This document shows, one piece after another, positions 24,966 through 36,911 of a DNA stretch of 64,000 nt. Source of the stretch: Pecten maximus (Eukaryota); the NCBI RefSeq assembly GCF_902652985.1, contig NC_047027.1, positions 7,006,001 to 7,070,000 of the forward strand, in the 5' to 3' direction. A program made the position numbers and the translations under genes. The stretch's first letter is position 1, and each line of letters opens with the position of its first letter. The notes beneath the pieces are model-generated. The model was not told the DNA's origin. It saw only the letters and a list, made by a program, of their open reading frames with translations, and did no database searches.

Positions 24966-26767
24966 TTATATTAACAATATCACTAGTTATATTAACAATA
25001 TCACTAGTTTTATAAACAATACCACGCGTTATATTAACAATATCACTAGTTTTATTAACAATATTCCGTTTTGTAATTTTGCTATTTACGATAATTGTAA
25101 TAAAGGCCAGTCTTATAAGTAATGCGAGTTAATTCTTCAAGCCCGACATTCAATTGAACTGTACGAGGTATTTTTGTTGGTAATGTCTGGACCTAAACTT
25201 CTCCAGTATATGAATCTTAAGACGCAAGTTCACTAATATTGTTTCTCAAAGCAATGAATTAGATATGATATATTTTCATGTTACATTAATAAAATAAAAC
25301 ATGGTCTTTATAGTGGTAACGACGGTTAATAAATAAGACAAAAAACATATAACAATGGTTTCGATATAATGAATTAAAGGTAAAACAACACGTAAACTTC
25401 ATTATTGATTTATTTATTTACCTACGATATGTTAGAAAAGTGCACCCCATCCCAACAGTAACACCGGAACAAGCGGATTTTTATCTAAATTTAGAACGGG
25501 GATTTCTGTACGCACAGAAATAGACTACGTTTTAACAATAAGGATGATGCAAGTCTTTCTATTGATAACAACGGAAATATGTTGATATTTGAGACCAGTT
25601 TTGTACCAAAGTATCTTCTAGTATGAAAATATCTTCGTATGCATTCAAATGAATCTGAATTATGACATTTTAAACAGAAAAATACATATATTCCTCGGGG
25701 TTCATATAAATAATAAATTCATCTTGACTTGCGACTTTATACACCCAATATTTCAAGTGTGGTACAATATTAGTTCCTTATAGATAGTACCCTGACTTTT
25801 GATATTTCCGATGAGTATGTACCCAGACTTGTGACTTCACACCTTATATTTCAAGTTTGTTACAATATTACTTCCCACGAGTTAGTATCCACACTTGTGA
25901 CTTCACACCTTATATTCTGAGTTTGGTACAATGTTACTTCCCACGAGTTAGTACCCAGACTTGTGACTTCACACCTTATATTCTGAGTTTGGTACAATGT
26001 TACTACCCAGACTACATACTCATCATCGTTTTATTTACCTGGTATGTTTGTGTAGATAATCTATGTTCATAACTTTTACACAAGGAAACTTATCCGACAA
26101 AAACAACTTCGGCGTCATGGACCGGTTACTGTTCTTCTATTTCTATATCATATCAAAGCTTGAAATATCTGTAGGCATTAGTGATCACGAATGCGTCCAA
26201 ATTTCTGGGATTTTTTAGAAAAAAAAGTTTTGATTTTTGTTTTTGTTGTTTTTAAAAATTTTACTTAGATCTTATCAAGTGTAAACGGTAAATGAAAAAG
26301 AATAAATAAAAAAAAAAAAACTGATTGGAATCTGATTATAATAAAGTTACATTTAAAACTAATCATTAATCTTTCGGGATTTTCCCATGATATTTTTTTC
26401 CAAATATAGAACGGGGATTCCTTTTCAGAAATAGCCTACTAACGCTTTCCACGGTAAATATGACACAACACTGCCGTATTTAAACGAGCCTGTTTATGTT
26501 AAACAAGTATTTATCTAAAGTTCTATGACTTATTTCATAGTAACATAGTTTACAATCCGAAATATGTATATTAAACCTTGGTATCCAAATGTCAACAAGT
26601 AAAAATCACTCGTTCTGTAAAGTTTCACTAAGGTCATCTCATTTTTCAATGCGTCATAAGGAAAGGAAAACCCACTGAAAAACCGCGGTGTCTATATATA
26701 GATATACGAACGTATAAATAGGGAAGAGTACAGGGATGCTATATCACAAACACCACTGATACCAGAC

Positions 26768-26984
26768 ATGAATACTATTAGTACCGTAACCAGTAAAGTC
26801 GTGAGACCCGTCGTCAAATACACACAGGAGACATTAACACGGGGTCTACAGTCAATGTAAGTAGTAACTTCTCTTTATTTCACTCACATGTTTTTGTTTG
26901 TTTTTGTTTTACTTTAAAGCTGTTTTAATTATTCCAGATCATAAGCTTACCATCACTCCCGTTATTTATTTAGATAATATATAT

Positions 26985-27016
<32 letters not shown>

Positions 27017-28129
27017 TGTACATGTTGAAAAATCCTTCCATGTGCTAATATATAATATGTATTTATATATTTTGATTTCTTGAGAATCCGTAGATCCGTA
27101 GCTTATCATCGATTCCGTTATTATTTAGTTCAAATATTTTAATGATTATAGTTTCAATATATTGTGGTCTATGTATTAAAGATATGATAGAAATATTTCT
27201 AGATAAGAAATGTTAAATAATAAACGTCACCCATGTAGGTATCTGATTTTACAGAACAAGCTAGGGAGAGCTTATCCTCTCGCCATCCGACTATAATTTA
27301 TTCCAGAGGCCCCGTATCTCTAGTGGAAACGATGAGATAAAGTATACTTTCGTGAGAGAACACTCGAACATACATTTTATTTCAATGCGTCTTTCTGTGA
27401 GTTTTATTTCTCTTTGTCTTGTTAATTTAGAAGTATAAATTGTACGCCACGACAATATTAAATAAATCAAAATTATATTTTTTCAACTGTAGGGCGCATC
27501 ACAATGGCCATATACCGTCCGCCACAGGGACCCCACCACCCTCTGCTGGCATGTTGAGGGCGTGGCAAACGTTACAGGAGGATAGCTGGGTCACCACCCA
27601 ACGTCATTTGAGACCCCAACCCACGGAAACATTCAATACGATGTCGGCGGAGAGAAGTATACTAGGTATGATTACATTTCAACTTTACTTGGTGACATAT
27701 CACACAGCTGAGGACGCTTATACTTTAGAAACCTCTGGTCGGATTCTCCTAGTTTCGTTATTGTATCAGTATTTTCTGTTGAGTTTGTTTTGTATAGATA
27801 AATATTTTTCTGGAGTTATAATAAATGTTACATTTCAGTATGAATATAGAAATAGGGAATCGGGAAATCTAATTAATAAAAATAATAATATTCATGTTCC
27901 TGATACTTCTGAATTAACCCTATGCTAAGGCTCCATCATCACCGCAATCATTTAAGTAATTAGAGTCAGTAGCATGTACAACCAACCACATTTTACAATG
28001 TATCCATCTTATTTACTGTGATTATCTATTTTAGGATCACGGAATCTCGGCCTTTTCGAGAAAAGTTCTAATTCTGAGGATTTGCAATCCAGTGTTCGAA
28101 CATTGCTGAAAGGATTCAAATTTGATTGA
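26768..28129 (+). CDS. Family paralogue C, 118 aa; exons 26768-26856, 27493-27665, 28035-28129
   Basis: Same exon lengths as A/B despite diverged introns; exon 3 vs B has 9 synonymous and 3 non-synonymous codon changes and a TAG to TGA stop swap. Confidence 0.88.
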
Positions 28130-28753
28130 AGGTGCTGTGGTATCCTCCCCAGAATTCCTCAGTAATCTTCCTAGGATTCCATAATGATCTTCCGGAGATT
28201 TCGGAATAATCTTTCCAGGATTCCACATTGGTTTCCCAGGGATGTCGCGATGATTTTTACAGGATTCCTCATTGATATTAAAGGGATTCCAAAATGACCT
28301 TCCTAGGATTCCACAATTGTGGGATCAAACTGGAATCCCTCATTGATCTTCCGTGAATTTCCCAGGATTCCCTAGTGCAAGCACTTGGACTCTGAAATAA
28401 TACAATATATGAGGATTGACAGTGTTATTGTTAAGATATCAATGATTCTTTGAATTCAATGAGTTCTTGTTTAGGATGTATAAACTTGATTTATATTTGG
28501 TATGAATGAAAAGAATTCTTTAGTGTTGAGAGTAATTTATTTCAAGCTGTGTATTGCATGATTGATGTTGATATGTGTGGTTATTTTTGTATCCGTAGTG
28601 GATAGATTGTATTTATATATGATAATTGCTATTATTACATTATACCCAACCGATAACTTTATAATGTAGATGTATAGAAAGTTGTATTAACAGGAAATAA
28701 CTTGAAATGGAATCGGAAACTTTAATTTCATATACGGATCAGTAGATTCCCAA

Positions 28754-28915
28754 GGTTGTGATGGTTACGTCAGGTCGTTATGGAGATAGGAGTTAACAAC
28801 ATGGCGGTTGTGATGGTTACGCCAGGTCGTTATGGAGATAGGAGTTAACAACATGGCGGTTGTGATGGTTACGCCAGGTCGTTATGGAGATAGGAGTTAA
28901 CAACATTGCGGTTGT
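28754..28915. repeat. 52-bp x3 tandem repeat
   Basis: GGTTGTGATGGTTACG...AACAACATGGC at 28754, 28806, 28858. Confidence 0.9.
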
Positions 28916-29959
28916 GGCATTGTGTTATGTTTGGTTTGTTAATAGAAACGAAAGTGACTTCAAATAAAATTGTAAATGAAATGTGATAAATACAATCAAG
29001 TTCTTTGTTTTTACTATGATGAATCTGTTTTTATATTGGGTTTGTAGCCCCGTAAACAACAAAGGTGGTTTTGAGGAAGATTTTCCTTAAAGCAAATGAT
29101 GGCAGTCTCACCGACCAGTTCCCGTCAAAGTTATCAGCTGTTCAAATGATATTATAAAAATAAGTACAAATAATAGATTTCGATACTGTATCTGAACCAA
29201 ACCTGGTCTCGTCAGTGATGCAAAATGTTCAATCCTAAGTGGTAATTGAGTAAATTGAAATAGATCGAATGTAAATGGGGAGTTGTTATAACCCACATGT
29301 TCGGATAATGTCTTAACATTCAATTTTGGATTTCAATAGAACGTGTGAATATTCCAAACCGTGTCGCTATTATAATGAATTAAATTTGTGATACCAGGTT
29401 ATGGAAAACCTTGGGGATTAAAGCCTACCAGCAGTGGCTATCACCTGTAATATCTTAGGATTGTACTAAAGACACACACACATTGTGGTTTCTTTTATCT
29501 CCCTTATTTAACCGGTCAGTTTAAAAGAGTTTATTCGGGATTAATTGACCTCTCGTTCAAGAATTAAAAACAATCATTGTTTCTAGACAATGAAAAAAAT
29601 AAATAAATAAGAAAACGGATGGTTATCCTAAAATTATTCTCAAGATATGGGATTGTATGATATTAAGCAAGTTATGTTTCAATACGACACTTTTAAAGTG
29701 CTGACTAAAACCCTATAGAGTTAAGTGTTGCACGACAGCACGAGCATGAAAACCGAACAATATACACAATTTAACGGAAACGAGCATTTCCTTTCATTGA
29801 GAAAAACGAGCAGGTCACTTGTGGATGTTACAACACAAACAATACCCATCGCTATATCGTACGATACAAAATTAAAATAACACTTTACACATCAAATGAC
29901 GTCAGTGAGATGGTAATACCACACATATATCTTTGATGGTATATATGGCGATCAACGAC

Positions 29960-30100
29960 ACACCACGTGGGTTTCCCCCGGACATTCCCAGTTACTTCTA
30001 ACAGTGATACCCCTTCGACCTTCCATCCGGTTAATACACACGAGCAATATCATGTTTTACCTCGTTTTATAAATGTTGTCAAACAAATAATAATCATTAA
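29960..30100 (+). mobile_element. Decayed V-domain-like SINE fragment
   Basis: CCACGTGGGTTTCCCCCGG...CTTCCATCCGG resembles the SINE at 57145-57350. Confidence 0.55.
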
Positions 30101-30188
30101 ATTTTATTCTATAAAGACATTTTAACTGGCCTTGACAATGGTTTTTTAAACTTGTCATGTCGATATTTCAGATCACGGTTCATTAATT

Positions 30189-30300
30189 CAATACCACTCG
30201 TTATACCAACAATACCACTCGTTATACCAACAATACCACTCGTTATACCAACAATACCACTCGTTATACCAACAATACCACTCGTTATACCAACAATACA
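30189..30300. repeat. 21-bp x5 tandem repeat
   Basis: CAATACCACTCGTTATACCAA. Confidence 0.95.
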
Positions 30301-30329
30301 ATTCGTTTTATCTTTTTGGGGGATATTGC

Positions 30330-31512
30330 GACACAAACACTTTTATATTCCAAATGCCCTTTATTCCAAAGGTCTAATAGTTCGAAGGCCCGATATTCAG
30401 AAAAAGCTGGTTATTAATACATGTTGATTGATAATTTCATGTCAGCATTACTCGAAATTGTTATTTAAATAATTATTTTAATCTTATTTTTTAAAAATCA
30501 GTTATTAGTGTATTACATATTCAATGTCAATTTCTTCAAAAGAAACGTTCACAAAAGGTACCAAAACATAAAAAGAAATGGCGAAAAAAAAAAAAAAAAA
30601 GTAAAAATCATGCATGGCCTGCGTAAGAAGAGTTCCCGACATGAGCATCGCTCCGTAATTCAACGCATCGCAACACAAATTGGCCCCATAACAACCACCG
30701 TCATCAAGATGGGAGTGGATGGAGCGACAACTCTGTGTAGAGACTGTATATTTCAAATCTTAGCGATGGTCGAACATGTGGTTATGTTGCTTTAGATCAA
30801 TATTCCTTTTTTATGAAATGCTCACGACGTCAACTATTATACTACTGATCCTCACGACGTCAAATATTATACTACTGATCCTCACGACGTCAAATAGTAT
30901 ACTACTGATCCTCACGACGTCAAATATTATACTACTGATCCTCACGACGTCAAATATTATACTACTGATCCTCACGACGTCAAATATTATACTACTGATC
31001 CTCACGACGTCAAATATTATACTACTGATCCGCGCGCTTTAAGGCACATAGCCTTTTTCTTTCGGGGTTAAATTTCATTTTTTCGTATATAATTATCATA
31101 ATGGTGATAAACATGTTATACTCAATGGGAAGCCATTTATATATGTATATAATGGATAACTATTCATCCTTGTTACAATGTTAACTATTTTCGGACTATC
31201 GGGCCTTAGACTATCGGGCCTTTAGACTATCGGGCCCTTAGACTATCGGGCCTTTAGACTATCGGGCCTTTAGACTAACGGGCCTTTAGACTAACGGGCC
31301 TTTAGACTATCGGGCCTTTAGACTATCGGGTCTTTAGACTATCGGTCCCTTAGACTATCGGGCCTTTAGACTATCGGGCCTTTAGACTATCGGGCCCTTA
31401 GACTATCGGGCCTTTAGACTATCGGGCCTTTAGATTATCGGGCATTTGGACTATTGGGCCTTTAGACTATCGGGCATTTAAACTATCGGGCCTTCGTTAT
31501 ATAAGGCGGTCA
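30330..31512. mobile_element. Foldback-like non-autonomous DNA element with 16-bp subterminal repeats
   Basis: Right array GACTATCGGGCCTTTA (about 19 copies, 31195-31495) is the reverse complement of left AAGGTCTAATAGTTCGAAGGCCCGATATTC (about 30368-30400); boundaries approximate. Confidence 0.55.
30821..31030. repeat. 30-bp x7 tandem repeat
   Basis: CTCACGACGTCAAATATTATACTACTGATC. Confidence 0.96.
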
Positions 31513-32100
31513 CTGACATTCGTTATGTAAACAAGACATTACTTTATATCAGTGATACAGATTGTTTAAGTTGTTGTTGACGTCGAGTCCCTTATGCTCC
31601 ACTTCATCTCCAGGGTTGAAGTGTTGCGTGACAGCGTAAATATTGAAAACACAGCAATATACAATTTAACGGAAACGATCGCATCCTCTACAGGGAAAAA
31701 GGAGACGGTCGCTTGTTGATAAATACCGTTCCACAAAGGGAATAGAATACTTATTACACCGTACGATACAGAACGACTATACACTTGGTACACTTCAAAT
31801 GATGTCACGGAAATGTCTTTTCAGCTTCAGCACATTTTCCTCCATAAGGATGACTTTCCTGTTGATGTCATTAAATTTGTGAAAAGGTTTATGACCAGCA
31901 TGGATTCATGGTATATAATAATCTTTAAATAAATCGTTATTGAAAAAAACGTTGTTTCACTGAACTTTATTGAAATTTCTTCCATATCGCTGGGATACCG
32001 TGATACTTATGTAATGCGTTCATTGATACTATGAACTACACTAAAGGTTCAGTTATACTTTCTGTCTTGTTTGTCACAACATTACACATATCACCAGAGA

Positions 32101-32210
32101 TTTGGTTTGTTTGGTTTGTTTTTGTTTAACATCCTTTTAACAGCAAGGGTCATTTAAGGACGTGCCAGGTTTTAAAGATTGAGGAAAGCCGGAGTACCCG
32201 GAGAAAAACA
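32101..32210 (-). mobile_element. SINE 3' fragment with V-domain-like motif and (AAAC)n-like tail
   Basis: Reverse complement TTTTTCTCCGGGTACTCCGGCTTTCCTC...CCTTAAATGACCCTTGCTGTTAAAAGGATGTTAAACAAAAACAAACC. Confidence 0.65.
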
Positions 32211-33736
32211 TACAACCAGGAAAACATTTCATGACTCATGTGTGCTGCAATATCACGTAAGACTAACCCAGGTCCCTAGAATGTTAACATTTCAAATCAA
32301 AAAATCAGTTTTATAATTGTGGTCTCTAAGATATGACTTAAACTAAGTTTTAAACTATGGGGAGATAATCTAGTATTATAATTCAGTTAAAAAATCCTTT
32401 ATAGAAATCACAACAGTATCCTTTACCTCGGTTGATGTTTGTGTGAGAGACAATTCCCTTCAAACTCTGTAACATTTTCTGATAACCAAGCTTACAAGCT
32501 TACATTGTTATACGATTGCTTCCTAAGATAAAGGATCATATACAAACTTGCTTGCATACAAGTTAATCAATGTTTTCATAATATTCATTTACAACATAAG
32601 GTTATCTTACTCCCATATATGTAAATCATGATCAATACATTAATAGTGTAGTCAATGTGGTTCTGTAAGTTATAATTTGATATAGCCATTTATACTCTGT
32701 TTGCGTATTATATCAAGAATATATATATATTGAAAAGTTCTTCTGATTCTAAATAATTTATGACAAAGGCACAAAGTGAACCAATAATGATATATTTCAA
32801 TGCACTCATAAATAAATAAAATTGAAATGAAATGGCTTGGACACGATGTACAACCATCGGAAAATCCAGCCGTGATCTGTCGCACTCCAATTAGGCCGAA
32901 ACTATATGGTAAAACAAGTTCCTAGAGTCCCAGTTAGTGTAATGGTAGTTCGGACATGGAAGTGTTATATTCTTTTCCACGGTGATTTTACTACACCAAG
33001 TATTCCAGTTGACAGGTGGCGAGTTGTTATACCGGGTGAGTACAGTAGGTTATATAAATAATAGTGCGTGTATTATCATATCATTGTCTCCGACTCTGAC
33101 ATAATATGGAAACAGTTCATATTACAAAATAATACCTGGTGTTGGAATCACATTAGGCTGTAGTTGTTGATAGAGATGAAGACGTCTCTTCGGTATACAG
33201 TATATGAACATAACAATGGATGTAGTATATGGAATAATGTGTCTTCTGTTGAAGATAATATCAATGAAATAAAACGTCTCTTCTCAGATGTTAAAGATGA
33301 TATGACGTTTTTTCTGTTGTAAATATTGGAACTTCTGTTAATGATACTCCAGTATATGGGAAAACACAGCACATAAACTATTAAATTAAAGTCGACAAAA
33401 TGTTACAATAAGGATGGGTGTATTACGAATCCTCTTCGAAAACCGGAGGTGGCTTTATGGATTGTAACCGTGGATATATTGGTGTTTGTTGGTACGATGG
33501 TGGTATGTCAGTGGGACTGCCGCTGGTGAAGGAACTGGTGATAAACTGGTGACCTGAGAAGAACTTCTTTCATATTTTTCTTGTTTAAAATCTCAAATAC
33601 TACTATATATAGGCTCTGCTGTTGAGAGTTCTTTAATCGAGGATTCCATAGATATTTGTCCATTTTTTTTGTAATTTACTTGGAATATTTACTCTGGAAT
33701 AATTTGGATTTTTTTGTTGAAAATTGTGCTCAAATG

Positions 33737-33978
33737 AGTAACAAGTGATATTTATCCAGATTAAAAATCACTATTCTGTTGCAATTAAACAGAAGTAACT
33801 TGACCAAACGTGCAATTTACGCTTGTTTTGCCGAAATTAGCAGGTAGCTTTACAAATTAAATGTCAAAATCAAGACCCAAGGATAGCCATGATATATATT
33901 AACAATTGGCCAATTTACTTCTGTTTAACTGCAACAGAATAGTGATTTTGAATCTGGATAAATATCACTTGACTTACT
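33737..33978. mobile_element. MITE-like inverted repeat (about 70-bp arms, about 100-bp spacer)
   Basis: CAAGTGATATTTATCCAGATTAAAAATCACTATTCTGTTGCAATTAAACAGAAGTAA pairs with TTACTTCTGTTTAACTGCAACAGAATAGTGATTTTGAATCTGGATAAATATCACTTG. Confidence 0.7.
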
Positions 33979-35832
33979 ATTTACATAAACCTTTAAAAAG
34001 TGCTTTGAATCCATTTTTCGCTCGTCTTTTAACTTGCTCACGAATCGAAATACCGATGGTGCAATGAGGTGTGACGAGTCAAACAGATCTAGAGGTACAC
34101 ACTCGTACGATGACAAACCTTAATTTGTTTGCCCCGATTTAAAACGTTTATTTTACAATTATAAAATCGCTTTTAATATTTTTAGAAAATGTAAATATAC
34201 AGATATTCACAAAAATCATTATTGATAAAAGAGGTTGTATCAATCGGAAGAAATTGCTAAGAAAAGAAACTATATTAGATTTGAAGGGGACACGTTGGAA
34301 TACATGAGAAAGTTCGGAATTGTGACAAAGTGTCATCACCTAAAGCTGGTCCCGAAATTAGTAAAAAAAAAAAAATACATAATCATTTTAAAGGATTGGC
34401 CGCTGAGGCTAGCGAGGTAACTGGTGTTTGTGAATGATAATTTTGCGCCATTGTTTGAATAATTAGACTGTCCTATCGTAAAAAAAATAAAATAAAGAAT
34501 CGCCTGATTAAAAATACTGGCAAAAATTAATACAGTTATGCAGTGTAAACAATATCGTTTAGGCATTAACCAAAAAATCCGATCTGTATATCTCTAACCC
34601 GTACTCCACGTTGTATCTTAATTGCTGTTTTATATCAATATGATGTATTGTGTTGTTTATAGTATGTACTTATGGCCCGTATGGTCCACCGTCAATACAG
34701 AAATTGAAAGAAAACTGAAAATTGTTAAGAATGATACACGGACACAGCCGAATGACGCCACGCGGGTACGAGTGACGTGTCCGCCAAGCGTTCTGCTTAC
34801 GAAACGGCACTGTACTGTTTATTGGAATAAACAATTGTCATTGTCAATCGAAACATATTCATTGTTGTAGGACCTAATGAATTGTAATGTTATTGATTTG
34901 CACTAATTTAGGCATTAAATAAAGAATATTTGTATATGCCATCATGTGACTATGTTATTGTTTATTATTTTGTTATTATTATGGGAGAAGTTGTTTACAA
35001 TTTGGTAAAACTTGCTAACTAATCCCTTTGTCATGTTTGTATGTCAATAAAATATGTTTAAACTAAAACAATTAAAAATTAAATAAACAGAGATGCGGAT
35101 AGATTTTCGTCCTAGTCCTAGTTTTATGATATATTAAAGAATGGTATCTATTGATTAATATGTTATAACCTGAAATAGGTATTGCTCGAATAAAGAAATG
35201 TAGTCGAATTTGAAATGTATCTCGTGAATCAGAAATGGTGTGAAACCGTGAAACGAATTGATTATGTATGAATAGTGTGTATTTTTAGTTAAATAACAGA
35301 TGGGTATACAACGACATGTAACTATAGGGACGGGTAAATCACACATGCTGTATCACGCGGAGTCACGGATAGTACTCTGTGAAATCTTTGAGACAGCTGT
35401 CTTGCTGTGATCTAACGGTCTATAAAGCTCCCTAATCATTGTTTATTAGTAGCATTACAGAGATACACTTAAAACCTAAACATAAGATGCATGATAAAGT
35501 CATAATTTCAATGAACTACACTCAAGTGTAAAGTAATAATCAACAATATTCAACAAACTCCATTGAAAATTTGATTTAATTTGTCTAATTCATTTATCAC
35601 ACTCTCAAGTTATATCAATCACCAGTCATCAGTTAATTCGTCATTTACCAAAGTTATGACACGTTAATTACAAAAAACATACATTTTCACGTACACAATT
35701 TAATATAATAATGCTGCTTCTCTGGACCTGGCTTCAAGTATGAAATATTTTCATGTTTATATTGTCGACTTAATAGAGATCCAAACAGTACCGTTACTAG
35801 TTACGATAATAACCCTAATTAAGATATAATAC

Positions 35833-36437
35833 TACGATGGCCGACAAAACACATTTTCTGAAATTGGTTTTTGTCATGACAAATGATTAAGTACAAATAA
35901 TTATGTACAAAGCGCTTTTTCTGAAAAAAAGTTTTTGTCTTGACAAATAAATATGTACAAAACTGACCATGTTGTTCCCCAACCCTCTGTTTTAAAAGAA
36001 ACCTCCAGATCTGAGGTGTGCAATTTATCCTCATGACCAGGAATTCAAGAATGTTAGAATGAGGCCGCATGGTATTTACACGCATGTGTTTCCTCTGTAT
36101 CCGTGTGTGTTAATGTTACAATAAATGAATATCGTACGTGTAATTGCGTCTCGCTATATCGATACTTTGTTTCATAACATTACTTATTAGGTCTACATCT
36201 GGTCATGATGATAAATTGCACAGCTCATATTTGGAGGGTTCCATTAAAACTAAGGTTTGGGGAACAACCCTGACAGTTTTGAAAATGTTTTCTGTACATA
36301 ATCATTTGTACATAATTATTTGTCATGACAAAATATGTATTTAGAAAACGTGTTTTGTACACAATTATATAGAATATTTAGGTACAAAAAACCAGTTTGT
36401 AGCAGTATGTTTTTGCCGGCCGCTGCCGGCAATCGTA
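35833..36437. mobile_element. Degenerate TIR/foldback element
   Basis: TACGATGGCCGACAAAAC...TTTTGCCGGC...AATCGTA termini; inverted TTTGTCATGACAAA and GTACAAAT blocks on both sides. Confidence 0.55.
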
Positions 36438-36530
36438 TAATACAGTCATTTAAAGACAAATATATGTAAAATGCTTCATTAATTTATTTGTCTATGACGT
36501 GTTAAGAAGTATAACCTCACACCATATGTT

Positions 36531-36850
36531 GGGATTTCCCCGCCATTTCTCTGATCTAAATTTAGAATGAGAATTTCTTTTTAAAGCTGTTTCCCCTTTT
36601 CCCCATGCAAGGATAACACAAATTTATATTTCGTATCTCTAAATATTTCAGAAAATTTGAGTTCATATATCTTGTAATAATATGAAATATAGAGATGAGT
36701 TTTAATCATTTAACACATGGTGTTGATTTCAATATTAAACTGACTGAATCGATTTAACAGAAACCCACTCGTGATTCACTCGAGTGTAAACTTTCAGTGC
36801 CTCAAGTCTATTTATAGCCGAGGAAACACGTCTTGTGTGTGTATATATAA
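36531..36850 (+). promoter_or_regulatory. Promoter of D: GGGATTTCCC (36531), CTAAATTTAG (36556), CTATTTATAG (36808), TATATAA (36844)
   Basis: Consensus kappaB and MEF2 matches at positions homologous to B/C. Confidence 0.55.
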
Positions 36851-36911
36851 GGTCGCACATGTACATCGTCCTATACTATTGTACAGTAACTCTGGTACAC
36901 ACATCCTCACC

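Noticed and set aside
23935-25122. 395-aa ORF of RQSVIDKTT repeats
   Set aside because: Stop-free reading of the 27-bp satellite, starting inside a SINE fragment; the homologous array at 15530 is not open.
30109-31042. Hydrophobic repeat ORFs (IPLVIPT, NIILLILTTS)
   Set aside because: Translations of 21-bp and 30-bp minisatellites.
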